Source: Candidatus Omnitrophota bacterium
GTDB lineage: Bacteria > Omnitrophota > Gorgyraeia > Aquiviventales > Aquiviventaceae
Direction: 5' to 3'
Length of the DNA stretch: 64,000 bases
Assembly: GCA_016193195.1 (NCBI GenBank)
Contig: JACPSQ010000086.1
Location: forward strand, 17,299-81,298
Below are positions 1 to 10,033 of this stretch, piece by piece. Under the pieces are notes generated by a model. That model was not told the origin of the DNA. It ran no database searches and worked only from the letters and a program-made list of their open reading frames with translations. Positions within the stretch are counted from its first letter, which is position 1, and each line of letters opens with the position of its first letter. The translations under genes were made by a program, and so were the position numbers.

Positions 1-115
1 CGCTGCGATACGGTCTCGAGTGATGATCTCACCAGCTCTGTCCATGCCCGTTCACTCGCGCTCTCCCACGCTTCGTGGTCTCATACGCACCCCCAGATGA
101 CGACGAGCCTCGTCC

Positions 116-1882
116 TTGTCGATGACCCGGCAACGTCGTGAGTGGTTGAGCGCGCTGGCGCTCGGCCTGTGGCTCAGCGTTGCCTTGGTGTGGCCGGCGG
201 CGATGATGCCACTGGGAAGAACTCAGCTGCTCTGGCAGCCGCTCCTGGTGATCAGTTTGCTGGTGATGACCTTGAGGCGCGCGCGTCGGATCGGCTGGAA
301 AGCCACCGTCGGCCAATCCCTGCTGCTCTACGTGGTCATGACCCTCGCCGGATGGCTGCCATCGCTTCGGACCATTCTCTCCACGCCGGAATTCCATTAT
401 CCGTCGGCGTATCGATATTACCTCGCCCTCTACGAGACTGGGCTGGCCGCCCTGGTGGGGTTCCTAGCCGGTCGCGCAGCGCTTGGCCGCGACACGTCCT
501 GGTGGCCCGCGGGCCCGTGGAGCCGACCGCTCGTTGTCGCGCCGCTAGTGTTGATGGGGCGGGCGCTGTGGTTCGGCCACTGGCTCAGTCCCTTAATCGG
601 TCTCATGATCGGGCTGGCCGTGGCGGCGCGTCGGCCAGGGCGGCCTGTAAGCGCCGTCTCATCAGAGGCGGTCTGGAAGTCGGTGCCGGCGGGGCTGGTC
701 GTCTTCGCCCTCCTGGCCGTGTGGGCATCCGGAATGTGGTTCTACCTGCAGTTGGGGTTGGAGTTCCCGCAGAATAGCGATGATGGACCGGGTTACTATC
801 GCATCGCCAACGAGATTGCGACGGATCCCAGACGCATCTGGACTCCGCCTGCCATCGAGGACAATATGTTCACGGGCTACCTCGTCCTCATGGGCCTCTG
901 GTTTCGGCTGGTCGGTCCCCACATTCCCCTCTGGTTGATCTGGCAGGGCTTGGCGGCTGGGCTGTTGGCGGTGATGGTGTACCGCCTGGGTCAGGTGGTC
1001 GGCAGTCGGGCCGTCGGGGCCATCGCGGCCATCTTGGTGGTGCTGGATCATGTCATACTCCACCTGATGGCGACCCTGAATATGGAGGTCTTTTTTATCC
1101 CGACCCTCTATGCGGCCCTGTACCTGTGGGCGTCGGTGGACGCCCAGCACCCTGGCCACCTCAGGCGCTGCTTTCTCGCCGGCCTCGTGATGGGAGTGGC
1201 GATGCTCTTTCGCCCTACCACGCTGGTGTTGCCGTTTGCCCTCATCGCCCTGCTGTGCTGCGAACGGCCCAGGCCGTCTGTCCGTCAGATGCGGGCCCAG
1301 GGCCTGCGGCTGTTGACGGGATTCGCGCTGCCGCTGGCGGTGCTGCTGGTGCGCCATCGGCTGGCCTGGGGATGGTGGACGCTCGGGGGCGCGAAGACCA
1401 TTGCCACATCCTGGCGCTGGAATTACGCGTGGAAGATTCAGGGCCAGCATCCTGTGGACATCGGCTTGGGCCCGTGGCTGAAGCTGTTCACCGAGGATCC
1501 CTCGGTGCTCTGGCGCGAGATGATTCCGAACTGGTGGGCGTTCATCCTGCAGTTGTGGACCCATCAAGGGTTCGGCCAGATGGACTTCGTGCGGGGGCTC
1601 AATTATCCAGGGTTCTACCAGGCGGCGCTCAGTGTCATCTTGGCGCTCGGCGTGATCGTCGGGATCGGTGCTGCGGTCCGCAGGCGGGCCAGGCAAGATC
1701 TGGTGACGCTCTTGCTCCCGGCGTACTGTACGATGTTGGCCATCATGTTTTGGGTCGCGAACACCCGGTACCGCGCTCCCCTCATTCCCGCGCTGTATCT
1801 GCTCTGTTGCGCCGGTTTTTCCGCCATCGCTCGCGCCATCCGCTCTCGAGCCAAGGAACCCAGGGTCCTCGTATCCCCCTAG
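116..1882 (+). CDS. Polytopic membrane glycosyltransferase, GT-C fold (ArnT/PMT_2-like, GT39/GT83)
   Basis: Many hydrophobic TM segments; acidic loop motif '[10 protein letters not shown]' after the N-terminal TM block; 'NMEVFF', 'LFRP' and 'NTRYRAP' motifs typical of PMT_2-like proteins. Start may be ATG at 122. Confidence 0.7.
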   Translation: MSMTRQRREWLSALALGLWLSVALVWPAAMMPLGRTQLLWQPLLVISLLVMTLRRARRIGWKATVGQSLLLYVVMTLAGWLPSLRTILSTPEFHYPSAYRYYLALYETGLAALVGFLAGRAALGRDTSWWPAGPWSRPLVVAPLVLMGRALWFGHWLSPLIGLMIGLAVAARRPGRPVSAVSSEAVWKSVPAGLVVFALLAVWASGMWFYLQLGLEFPQNSDDGPGYYRIANEIATDPRRIWTPPAIEDNMFTGYLVLMGLWFRLVGPHIPLWLIWQGLAAGLLAVMVYRLGQVVGSRAVGAIAAILVVLDHVILHLMATLNMEVFFIPTLYAALYLWASVDAQHPGHLRRCFLAGLVMGVAMLFRPTTLVLPFALIALLCCERPRPSVRQMRAQGLRLLTGFALPLAVLLVRHRLAWGWWTLGGAKTIATSWRWNYAWKIQGQHPVDIGLGPWLKLFTEDPSVLWREMIPNWWAFILQLWTHQGFGQMDFVRGLNYPGFYQAALSVILALGVIVGIGAAVRRRARQDLVTLLLPAYCTMLAIMFWVANTRYRAPLIPALYLLCCAGFSAIARAIRSRAKEPRVLVSP

Positions 1883-1890
1883 GGCGTGGG

Positions 1891-2898
1891 ATGAAAGTCC
1901 TCGTGACAGGAGGGGCGGGGTTTATCGGCTCGCATGTGTGCGATCGGCTCCTCGCGGAGGGCCATGCGGTGCTGTGCGCGGACAATCTGATCACGGGACG
2001 CGAGGTCAACATCGCGCACTTGCGTTCCCGTCCGGCCTTTGAATGGATTCGTCATGACATCAGCAAGCCGCTGGCACTTGGCGGTTCGGTGGATTACGTG
2101 CTGCACTTCGCCTCCCCGGCCAGCCCCGTCGATTATCTCAAGTACCCGATCCAAACGCTGAAGGTTGGCTCGCTGGGGACGCTGAACGCCTTGGGCATCG
2201 CGAAGGCCAAGGGCGCGAAGTTCCTGCTCGCCTCGACGTCAGAGGTCTATGGGGATCCGCAGGTCCATCCCCAGCCGGAAACCTACTGGGGCCATGTCAA
2301 TCCTGTCGGCGTTCGAGGCTGCTACGATGAGAGCAAGCGGTTCGCGGAGGCGCTGACGATGGCGTACTATCGAGAGCACGGCCTGTCGACCCGGATCGTT
2401 CGGATCTTCAACACGTATGGACCTCGGATGCGACTGGACGACGGCCGGGCGATCCCGACCTTCGTTCGCCAGGCTCTGCAGGGCGAGCCGTTGACCGTCT
2501 TTGGCAACGGGAGCCAGACACGGTCGTTCTGCTATGTGGACGATTTGATTGAGGGCATTCGTCGCCTGATGGACCAGCCCCACCATGAACCGCTGAACCT
2601 CGGCAACGACGACGAGCACACCGTGCTGGAATTAGCGCAGAAGGTCCTGGCCTGCGTCCACAGCCCGATGAGCCGCCTTGAGTTCCGCCCCCTGCCGCAG
2701 GATGACCCCAAGCAGCGCAGGCCTGATCTGACCACCGCAAAGACGCTGCTCGGGTGGTCTGCGCGGATCACTCTCGAGGAAGGGCTTGCGAAGACGATCG
2801 CGTGGTTCCGCGAAGAGGCGGCCCGACGACCCGGCTCCGCGCCGGCGAGGACTCAAGCCGCCGGTACACCTCGAGATACCTCCGAATCCCCTCCGTGA
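1891..2898 (+). CDS. uxs: UDP-glucuronate decarboxylase (UDP-xylose synthase), extended SDR
   Basis: [64 protein letters not shown]. The real start is ATG 1891 inside the longer ORF 1126..2898. Confidence 0.92.
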   Translation: MKVLVTGGAGFIGSHVCDRLLAEGHAVLCADNLITGREVNIAHLRSRPAFEWIRHDISKPLALGGSVDYVLHFASPASPVDYLKYPIQTLKVGSLGTLNALGIAKAKGAKFLLASTSEVYGDPQVHPQPETYWGHVNPVGVRGCYDESKRFAEALTMAYYREHGLSTRIVRIFNTYGPRMRLDDGRAIPTFVRQALQGEPLTVFGNGSQTRSFCYVDDLIEGIRRLMDQPHHEPLNLGNDDEHTVLELAQKVLACVHSPMSRLEFRPLPQDDPKQRRPDLTTAKTLLGWSARITLEEGLAKTIAWFREEAARRPGSAPARTQAAGTPRDTSESPP

Positions 2899-4012
2899 GA
2901 TCGAAGTGCCGTTCCGCGACGCGGCGGCACCGCAGACGGCAGGCGGGATCCGAGAGCAGCCGCCGCACGTCCTCCACGCTGGCCTCGCAGAGGGGCGGCG
3001 TCAACGCCGGCAGCACGACTCCCACCTGATGGTCGCGGACGATCCCTCCGGAGTCTCCGATACCCTCGTTGATGACGACCGGGACTCCGGTGGCCAACAG
3101 CTCCGCGAGCTTCGTGGGAGCGGAGCCGCGCTTCGAGAAACTTGCCTGAATGAAGAACACGCCGAGATCCATCAGCCGCAGGTACGTCGGCATGGCCGCA
3201 AAGTCGGCTTGGGTCACCACGAGCTGTGCATCCGGGATGCCGGCTGCCAGCGCTTCCGTCCGCAGGCGCGCCTGATCTTCCTGCGTGACGCACAGGATGG
3301 TGACCGCCTCAAGTCGTCTGGCCAGCAGAGCGAGGTAGCGCAGGGTCGGCTCGCGGAGGTACCAGTTGCTCAGGGTCCCGACGCGGGCAGGGTCCTTCGG
3401 TCCAGGGACAAAGCGAGCCAGGTCGGCGCAGGTGGGGATGACTTCGATGATGGTCGTTGGGGGGATGGCGTACCCCAGCGAGGCAAACGCCTCCACCCCG
3501 GCCTGGGTCAACGAGACGATGGCGTCCGCCCCTTTGAAGAAGCGCCGTTCCCATCGCTTGGCCAGCCGGTAGACCGCCGAGCCTGGCCGCCAGTGTCCTG
3601 CGTCCACCTTCTCGTCTGCCCAAAACCCCCGCATGTCGAAGACCAGCTTCGTCCTGAAGAGCCGCTTCAGGCAGAGACCGACCACCGAGGCGACATATCC
3701 ACGGGTGTGGATGACGCGGATGCGGCGCCTGGCGCAGACCGCGGCTCCGATGGCGATCCCGCACAGCACATCCCACCCGGTCGCCAGGAAGGACGGCCGC
3801 TTGTGATAGCGCAGCCGGATCCATCGAATGCCGCACGCCTGCAGCCGCGCGGCCATCTCGCGCAGCTTGTCAGGCTCACGGACGTCGCGCCGCTTTTCGT
3901 AGGAGACCAGCGTCAGCTGATGCGCGAGGGCCAAGCCCGTCACGTACGTGACGACTTGGGACTGGCCCAGCGGCTCCAGGAGGCCGTCATAGGACAGATA
4001 GAGCAGTTCCAT
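2768..4012 (-). CDS. Glycosyltransferase family 4 (GT-B)
   Basis: '[13 protein letters not shown]', '[10 protein letters not shown]', and C-terminal '[15 protein letters not shown]' (GT4 Ex7E-like region). Confidence 0.85.
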   Translation of the reverse strand: MELLYLSYDGLLEPLGQSQVVTYVTGLALAHQLTLVSYEKRRDVREPDKLREMAARLQACGIRWIRLRYHKRPSFLATGWDVLCGIAIGAAVCARRRIRVIHTRGYVASVVGLCLKRLFRTKLVFDMRGFWADEKVDAGHWRPGSAVYRLAKRWERRFFKGADAIVSLTQAGVEAFASLGYAIPPTTIIEVIPTCADLARFVPGPKDPARVGTLSNWYLREPTLRYLALLARRLEAVTILCVTQEDQARLRTEALAAGIPDAQLVVTQADFAAMPTYLRLMDLGVFFIQASFSKRGSAPTKLAELLATGVPVVINEGIGDSGGIVRDHQVGVVLPALTPPLCEASVEDVRRLLSDPACRLRCRRVAERHFDLTEGIRRYLEVYRRLESSPARSRVVGPPLRGTTRSSSQALPRE

Positions 4013-4856
4013 CTGGGCGCTGAACGATCGGGGCCAACAACGGGAACGTCTGCACGCGCGTGCGCAGTTCTTGAAACGGTCGGCTGCGAACCAACTCCGC
4101 GCTAAAGTCTCTCCGGAAGTTCCTCCATGCCCGTCGCATGGCGCGGCCGTTCCAGTCCAGCGAGGAGAAGGTCCGACCTCCTGCGACGCGTTCTTGTGGG
4201 ATCCGCGGGGTCTCTCGTCCCGCTGCCAGGGCCTGGACCGCCCGCACGCACAGGTCGTGGGCGTGCGTCATCACCTTCCAATGCAGCTCGGCTAAGCTCT
4301 CCTGACCGGACAGGACCGTCTGCTCGGTTGCCAGGATCGGTCCGCTATCGATGCCTGCATCGAGCCACAGGACGGTGTTGCCGATCAGGTGAAAGGCGCC
4401 TTCGGCCAGGCACCAGTTGGTGCAGTCGGGCCCTCCTTTGACATAGGGGGACAGCCCTGTATGGAGATTGATGATCCCCCCACGGCTCGCAGCCCAGTCG
4501 CGGATCGCCTGGCCGACCAGGTTCGTCCCTGAGACCAGGACCAGCTCCGGGCTGAGGCGATCCAGCCATGCCACGGTCCTGGCATCATTGATATTCGGCA
4601 CCCGTAGCATCGGCACCTCGGGGAAACGTGGCGCCAGTTCGTCAAACCGGCGCTGGACGGCATGCCACGTCTGCGCGAAGGGCCGGCCCGCCAGGCGTCC
4701 TTCGATTCGGTTCAGGAGCCGCCGGGCGTGCCGTGCGGGAGGGTGCGCGGGGATGTTACGCGACAGGACAATTCCTGCGAGCTCGCAGACCGGTCCCACC
4801 TTCCGGCACAGCGCCGCCTGGTTCGGGGCCTCGACCGTCAAGATGGCGAGCCGCAT
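3987..4856 (-). CDS. Formyltransferase-family protein (N10-formyl-THF dependent)
   Basis: 'IINLHTGLSPYVKG' (N-x-H) and 'AGIDSG' (Asp) catalytic motifs of the formyl_trans_N fold. Confidence 0.8.
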   Translation of the reverse strand: MRLAILTVEAPNQAALCRKVGPVCELAGIVLSRNIPAHPPARHARRLLNRIEGRLAGRPFAQTWHAVQRRFDELAPRFPEVPMLRVPNINDARTVAWLDRLSPELVLVSGTNLVGQAIRDWAASRGGIINLHTGLSPYVKGGPDCTNWCLAEGAFHLIGNTVLWLDAGIDSGPILATEQTVLSGQESLAELHWKVMTHAHDLCVRAVQALAAGRETPRIPQERVAGGRTFSSLDWNGRAMRRAWRNFRRDFSAELVRSRPFQELRTRVQTFPLLAPIVQRPDGTALSVL

Positions 4857-5836
4857 GGCGCCCACCTGGCTCGGTACCCAAGCGCCCGGAATCGCGTCTC
4901 GATTCCGGATTCGCCGTGAATCGTCAGGCGTGGATACACTCCCTCACCCCATCGGGCGAGGCGTTCCTCGACCAGCAGGATGTGCTGCACGCCGGCCTTC
5001 CGCAAGAGGGCAAGCTGCTCCGGACGGTAGCTGCTGTTCGGAAACGCGTAGATGCTCATCGGCATCTGGAGCTGTTGCGCGAAAAAGGCGCGGCAGTTGG
5101 CGAGGTCCTCAAGGAAAAATTCGTTGGTCTCGAACGCCATAGAGTCATGGGAAAAGGCATGGACGCCGATCTCATGCTCCTCGGCCGCTTGGCGCACGTC
5201 CTCCAGGCTCATCATGCGCGTCGTGTGAGCCCCTCCGTCGACTTTCGCCATGACCGCCTTGAGGGCCTCCCAGAGCGGTTCACAGGCCTGGCGAGATCGT
5301 CCTTTGAGAAACCGGGTTAACGCCAGGCCGTAACGCAACTTGTGGTCAGGGTCCTCGCCTCGCAAGCGATCGGCAAACCCTTCCACGCGGATGTCATTGA
5401 TGAGGCGCCGGGGCGCTGTGTTCAGGAAATCCGAAAGCTGGACCGTCCACGGCGGCCGCCCGCTCTGGACGCAGGCGGGGATGATGTTCTGGTTCGCCGG
5501 CAGCCCGTGCTTCTTCAGGAGCGGCATGGCGTACTCGACAAAGTCATAGTAGCCGTCGTCGAAGGAGAGGATCGCGCGTGGACGCTGGCGGTCTGGCGGC
5601 GTCCGGTCTGAGAAGGTGCTGACATGGAAGTGGCGTTTCAGGAACACCACAAGCTCCTCAAACAGCACGGGAGACAACGGAGGCCAGAATGGGTTCGGAT
5701 GCGGTGAAATCCGGTGGAGGTTCAAGACGATCAGCGGGTTCTGCCGGCCGATCCGGTGCAGCAGCCGGCCCTCCATGCCCGCGGCTGCCAGCAGCGTGAA
5801 ATACAGATGCTTCGCCCACGCTCGAGGAATGACCAT
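4838..5836 (-). CDS. Polysaccharide deacetylase (CE4/NodB family)
   Basis: 'LSFDDGYYD', 'EIGVHAFSH', 'YAFPN' motifs. Confidence 0.85.
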   Translation of the reverse strand: MVIPRAWAKHLYFTLLAAAGMEGRLLHRIGRQNPLIVLNLHRISPHPNPFWPPLSPVLFEELVVFLKRHFHVSTFSDRTPPDRQRPRAILSFDDGYYDFVEYAMPLLKKHGLPANQNIIPACVQSGRPPWTVQLSDFLNTAPRRLINDIRVEGFADRLRGEDPDHKLRYGLALTRFLKGRSRQACEPLWEALKAVMAKVDGGAHTTRMMSLEDVRQAAEEHEIGVHAFSHDSMAFETNEFFLEDLANCRAFFAQQLQMPMSIYAFPNSSYRPEQLALLRKAGVQHILLVEERLARWGEGVYPRLTIHGESGIETRFRALGYRARWAPCGSPS

Positions 5837-5843
5837 CCGAGGT

Positions 5844-5873
5844 AGTGTAGGGGATGTTCGACAACGGTGTCAA
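5844..5873 (-). promoter_or_regulatory. Sigma70-like promoter for the deacetylase-formyltransferase-GT4 unit (probably leaderless)
   Basis: Minus strand reads TTGACA (5873-5868), N18, TACACT (5849-5844). The ATG at 5836 is 8 nt after the -10 and has no SD. Confidence 0.65.
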
Positions 5874-5900
5874 GCGATCCTCCCCCGCTGACATTTTTTG

Positions 5901-5929
5901 TTGACAAACCACCGCAAGCCATCCAAGAT
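5901..5929 (+). promoter_or_regulatory. Sigma70-like promoter of the main glycan operon
   Basis: Perfect TTGACA (5901-5906), N17, CAAGAT (5924-5929), preceded by a T-tract. Confidence 0.6.
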
Positions 5930-5966
5930 GTTCATGGTTTGAACACCTTTGTTCACTCGGTGAACA
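5929..5966. promoter_or_regulatory. Tandem palindromic operator sites TGTTCA-N5-TGAACA (x2)
   Basis: TGTTCAtggttTGAACA at 5929-5945 and TGTTCActcggTGAACA at 5950-5966, offset by 21 bp, overlapping the -10/TSS and upstream of a wHTH regulator. Confidence 0.75.
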
Positions 5967-6000
5967 GTTTGCTTTCCTACCTGACTGCTGATTCGCGCTG

Positions 6001-6693
6001 ATGGAACTGAGCACCTACCGGGATATGCACCTCCTCGATGAGGTCACCCGGAATCCCACCGTGACCCAGCGAGAGCTCGCCAAGCGCATCGGGGTCGCCT
6101 TAGGCCTGGCCAACCTGATGCTGCGCCGCCTGACCAAGAAGGGCTACATCAAAATCAGCGGCACGAAGCGCAGCCGCATCCGCTACCTCATTACCCCGCA
6201 AGGCATCCTTGAGAAATCCCGCTTGACCTACGAGTTCGTCCAATATTCCCTCCAACTCTATCATCGCGTCCGCCATTTCTGGCGCGAGCAGCTGGCGACC
6301 ATCGCCCAAACCCCCCAGCGGCGGATCCTGCTCTTCGGCGCTGGCGAGCTGGCCGAGATCGCCTTCCTGACCATTCAGGAAATGGGCTTGGACTTCGTCG
6401 GCGTCGCCCAGGAGGCGGCCGATGAACGACGGTTTCTCGGCTATCCCGTTCAGGACATCCGCACGGTGGCACCGGACCGTTACGATTGGATGCTGGTCAC
6501 GGCCTTGCAGGACGACGGGTTGTCGACTCGCTTGCAGGAGCTGGGCGTGCCGCCGGAGCAGATGATCGTGTTGACCAGGCCAGGGCAGGCCAGGCCGGCC
6601 ATCGAGCGACGCAGCATCGAACAGATGGCCGTGGCCACCACGGCGCCCGTGCCGGTGCCGACGGCTCCCGTTGAAGCGGAGATCGCGGCATGA
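6001..6693 (+). CDS. MarR-like winged-HTH transcriptional regulator (EPS-associated MarR type) with C-terminal Rossmann-like domain
   Basis: 'TQRELAKRIGVALGLANLMLRRLTKKGYI...RYLITPQGILEKSRLT'; C-terminal 'LLFGAGELAE'. Confidence 0.85.
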   Translation: MELSTYRDMHLLDEVTRNPTVTQRELAKRIGVALGLANLMLRRLTKKGYIKISGTKRSRIRYLITPQGILEKSRLTYEFVQYSLQLYHRVRHFWREQLATIAQTPQRRILLFGAGELAEIAFLTIQEMGLDFVGVAQEAADERRFLGYPVQDIRTVAPDRYDWMLVTALQDDGLSTRLQELGVPPEQMIVLTRPGQARPAIERRSIEQMAVATTAPVPVPTAPVEAEIAA

Positions 6694-7256
6694 AACGCGC
6701 GGTGTTTCTGGATCGGGACGGCGTGCTCAATCAGGCGGTCGTGCGGGACGGCAAGCCATACGCGCCGGCCTCCCTGGAGGAGTTGGCGATCGTGCCCGAT
6801 GCCGCGGAGGCGATCACGACCTTGCGCCAGGCGGGGTTTCTCGCCATTGTCGTGACGAACCAACCCGATGTCGGCCGCGGCCTCCAACGCCGTGAGACGG
6901 TCGAAGCGATGCATCAGCGGCTCCGCGCGCAGCTGCCCATCGATGACATCCGGGTCTGTTATCACCGGGAGGAAGACGCCTGCGCGTGCCGGAAACCGAA
7001 ACCGGGGATGCTGCGCGACGCGGCCCGTGACTGGGATGTGGACCTGAGCCGCTCGATCATGGTGGGGGACCGGTGGCGGGACATCGAGGCGGGCAAAGCG
7101 GCCGGATGCCGCACGATTTTGGTGCGGAGCCCGTGGGCGGAGCAACAGGCCCAGGCTCCCGACGCGGTCGTGGCGTCCCTGCACGAAGCCAGCCGGCTGA
7201 TCCTGTCAGCGTGGATCAGCCGCCGACCCTACGGAGCAGCGCATGCCCAGGCTTGA
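6690..7256 (+). CDS. gmhB: HAD-IIIA sugar-bisphosphate phosphatase (D,D-heptose 1,7-bisphosphate phosphatase-like)
   Basis: 'FLDRDGVLN', 'VTNQPD', 'CYH...CACRKPKPGM', 'MVGDRWRDIEAG'. Confidence 0.88.
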   Translation: MKRAVFLDRDGVLNQAVVRDGKPYAPASLEELAIVPDAAEAITTLRQAGFLAIVVTNQPDVGRGLQRRETVEAMHQRLRAQLPIDDIRVCYHREEDACACRKPKPGMLRDAARDWDVDLSRSIMVGDRWRDIEAGKAAGCRTILVRSPWAEQQAQAPDAVVASLHEASRLILSAWISRRPYGAAHAQA

Positions 7257-8007
7257 GGAGTTACGGGTCAAGATCTTTGCGGACGGGGCGGACCTTGCGA
7301 CCATCGCGGAGCTCGCCAAGCATCCCTACATCAGGGGCTTCACAACCAACCCAACCCTGATGCGCAAGGCGGGTGTGCCGGACTACCGCCGGTTTGCTCG
7401 CGAGGTGCTGACGCTGGTGCCAGATCGCCCCGTGTCGTTTGAGGTCTTCTCGGATGATTTCCCCGAGATGGAACAGCAGGCGCTGGAGATCGCCTCGTGG
7501 GGCGACAATGTCTATGTCAAGATTCCGGTGACGAATACGCGCGGGGCGTTTTCCGGCCCGCTCATTAAGCGGCTCTCCGAAGCCGGCGTCAAGCTGAACG
7601 TGACCGCCCTGCTGACGAGCGAGCAGGTGGGCCGCGTCACCGACTGTTTCTCGCCGGGGAGGAGCAGCTTTATCTCGGTGTTCGCGGGACGGATCGCCGA
7701 CACCGGCCGCGACCCCGTGTCCCTCATGGCCGAGTCGCTGCGGCTGATGGCCAGCCGCCCACAGGCCGAGCTGATCTGGGCCAGCCCCCGCGAGCTGCTC
7801 AACGTGATCCAGGCTGACGCCATCGGCTGCCACATCATCACCGCCACCAGCGACATCTTGGCCAAGCTCTCCTTGATCGGGAAGGATCTGTCGGAACTCT
7901 CGTTGGACACGGTGCGGATGTTTCGGCAGGATGCGCTCCAGGCGGGTTTTACGATTGAGCTCAGCCAGGCCGAGGCGGTCGGCTCGGCGGCCGCCGCCCC
8001 GCGATGA
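7243..8007 (+). CDS. tal: Transaldolase (short, glycan-cluster type)
   Basis: 'KIFADGA', 'GFTTNPTLM', 'SFEV', Schiff-base Lys in 'YVKIP', 'NVTA', 'SVFAGRIAD'. Confidence 0.88.
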   Translation: MPRLEELRVKIFADGADLATIAELAKHPYIRGFTTNPTLMRKAGVPDYRRFAREVLTLVPDRPVSFEVFSDDFPEMEQQALEIASWGDNVYVKIPVTNTRGAFSGPLIKRLSEAGVKLNVTALLTSEQVGRVTDCFSPGRSSFISVFAGRIADTGRDPVSLMAESLRLMASRPQAELIWASPRELLNVIQADAIGCHIITATSDILAKLSLIGKDLSELSLDTVRMFRQDALQAGFTIELSQAEAVGSAAAAPR

Positions 8008-9041
8008 AGCCGCCGTCTCCTCGACCGGTGCTGGTGACGGGCGGCGCCGGCTATGTCGGCTGCGTGCTCGTCCGAAAGCTGCTGGAGGCCGGCTACCCGG
8101 TGACCGTGTATGACCTGATGCTCTTCGGCGATGCGGGGTTGCCCACCCACGCCGCCCTGCGCGTCGTCAAGGGAGACATCCGCGATCTTCCGACGCTTGC
8201 CGCGGCGGTGCGGGGCGCGCACAGCGTGATTCATCTGGCCTGCATTTCCAACGACCCGAGTTTCGAATTGGATCCGGTGCTGGGCAAGTCGATCAACTAC
8301 GACAGCTTTGAGCCGTTGGTGCGGACCTGTAAAGCGGGTGGTGTGCGGCGATTTATCTATGCCTCCACCAGTTCGGTCTATGGGGTCAGCGACGCCCCGG
8401 ACGTCACCGAGGAACACCCCTTGGTGCCCTTGACGGATTACAATAAGTACAAGGGCTTGTGCGAGCCGATCCTCCTGCGCTACCAGTCGCCGGACTTTAC
8501 CACGGTGATCCTTCGGCCCGCCACGGTCTGCGGCCCTTCGCCGCGGATGCGCTTTGATCTGACCGTGAATATCCTCACCAACCATGCCGTGAATCGGCGT
8601 GTCATCACCGTCTTTGGCGGGACGCAGCGACGGCCGAACATCCATATCGAGGACATCGCCGAGCTCTACGTCAAGCTGCTGGAGTACCCGGACGGCTTGA
8701 TTGCCGGGGAGACCTTCAACGCTGGCTACCAGAATCACACCGTCGGCGAATTGGCTCACCTGGTCCGCCAGGTCGTCGAACAAGAGATGCCGCAGCCGGC
8801 ACCCATTCAGATCCAGACCAGCCCAACCGACGATCTCCGTTCCTACCATGTCTCATCCAGAAAAATCGCCGAGCGGCTTGGCTATGTTCCCGCGCGGACT
8901 ATTGAGGACGCCGTTCGCGATCTCTGTCGCGCCTTCACGGCAGGCAGGTTTCCCGACAGCCTGACCGATGAGCGGTACTTCAACGTGAAAGCGGTCAAGC
9001 GGATGACGCCCACCCTGCTCATGGAGCCGGTCGGCTCTTGA
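8004..9041 (+). CDS. NAD-dependent nucleotide-sugar epimerase/dehydratase (extended SDR)
   Basis: 'VTGGAGYVG', 'HLACISNDP', 'STSSVYG', 'YNKYK'. Confidence 0.85.
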   Translation: MKPPSPRPVLVTGGAGYVGCVLVRKLLEAGYPVTVYDLMLFGDAGLPTHAALRVVKGDIRDLPTLAAAVRGAHSVIHLACISNDPSFELDPVLGKSINYDSFEPLVRTCKAGGVRRFIYASTSSVYGVSDAPDVTEEHPLVPLTDYNKYKGLCEPILLRYQSPDFTTVILRPATVCGPSPRMRFDLTVNILTNHAVNRRVITVFGGTQRRPNIHIEDIAELYVKLLEYPDGLIAGETFNAGYQNHTVGELAHLVRQVVEQEMPQPAPIQIQTSPTDDLRSYHVSSRKIAERLGYVPARTIEDAVRDLCRAFTAGRFPDSLTDERYFNVKAVKRMTPTLLMEPVGS

Positions 9042-10033
9042 TGCCGCAGCAGGTTGCAGTCGTGACTGGAGGGGCGGGGTTCATCGGCAGCCACATGGTG
9101 GACCTGCTGTTGGACCGCGGCTTCGACGTGCGAGCGATTGACAATCTTGCCTGCGGGCGTCGGGAAAACCTCGCGCACCAGAACGGCCACCCCCGCCCGG
9201 TGTTTGAGGCCCGGGATGTGCGGGACCTGCGTCCCGGCGACCCCTTGTTGGAGGGGGCCGACTATGTCTTCCATTTCGCGGGGATCGGAGACATCGTCCC
9301 GTCGATTGAGCGGCCGACCGAGTACCTGTCCTCCAATGTCATGGGCACGGTCTGCGCCCTCGAGGCGGCCCGGTGGGCGAAGGTGAAGAAGTTCATCTAT
9401 GCCGCCTCCTCCTCCTGCTACGGCCTGGCCACTGAGCTGCCGACCACGGAGCAGGCTCCCATCAGTCCTCAGTATCCCTACGCGCTGAGCAAGTACCTTG
9501 GCGAACAAGCCGTCATGCATTGGGGCAAGGTCTATCAGTTGCCGGTGATCTCCCTGCGCATCTTCAACGCCTATGGCCCGCGCTCGCGCACGACCGGCGC
9601 CTACGGCGCCGTCTTTGGAGTCTTCCTGGCGCAGAAGCTCGCCGGGAAGCCGTTCACGGTAGTAGGCGACGGAACGCAGCGTCGGGATTTCGTCTTTGTA
9701 ACCGATCTGGCAAAGGCGTTTCTACTCGCGGCTGAGTCCGATTGCACGCAAGACATCTTCAACGTCGGGGCTGGCCAGCCGCAGTCAGTGAATCGACTCG
9801 TGGAGCTGTTAGGCGGTGAAGTCGTCCATGTGCCCAAGCGCCCTGGAGAGCCGGATTGCACGTGGGCCGATACGACACGCATCCGGACAATGCTTGGATG
9901 GGTGCCGACGGTGTCGTTTGAAGCAGGCGTCAAGACCATGTTGGGCTCGATTGACGATTGGCGCGCCGCACCGGTGTGGGATGAGACGGCGATTGCAGAG
10001 GCAACGGCATCATGGTTCAAGTATCTGAAATAA
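9038..10033 (+). CDS. NAD-dependent nucleotide-sugar epimerase (GalE/WbpP-like)
   Basis: '[11 protein letters not shown]', 'ASSSCYG', 'YALSK', 'FNAYGPR', 'GDGTQRRDF'. Confidence 0.88.
   Translation: MMPQQVAVVTGGAGFIGSHMVDLLLDRGFDVRAIDNLACGRRENLAHQNGHPRPVFEARDVRDLRPGDPLLEGADYVFHFAGIGDIVPSIERPTEYLSSNVMGTVCALEAARWAKVKKFIYAASSSCYGLATELPTTEQAPISPQYPYALSKYLGEQAVMHWGKVYQLPVISLRIFNAYGPRSRTTGAYGAVFGVFLAQKLAGKPFTVVGDGTQRRDFVFVTDLAKAFLLAAESDCTQDIFNVGAGQPQSVNRLVELLGGEVVHVPKRPGEPDCTWADTTRIRTMLGWVPTVSFEAGVKTMLGSIDDWRAAPVWDETAIAEATASWFKYLK

Noticed and set aside
1126-1890. Apparent N-terminal extension or fusion on UXS
   Set aside because: It overlaps the GT-C gene in another frame. The SDR begins cleanly at ATG 1891. 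The same logic was used to trim many other ORF-track starts.
2786-4105. 439-aa plus-strand ORF
   Set aside because: It is antisense to the GT4 gene, Arg/Gly-rich, and has no domain signature.
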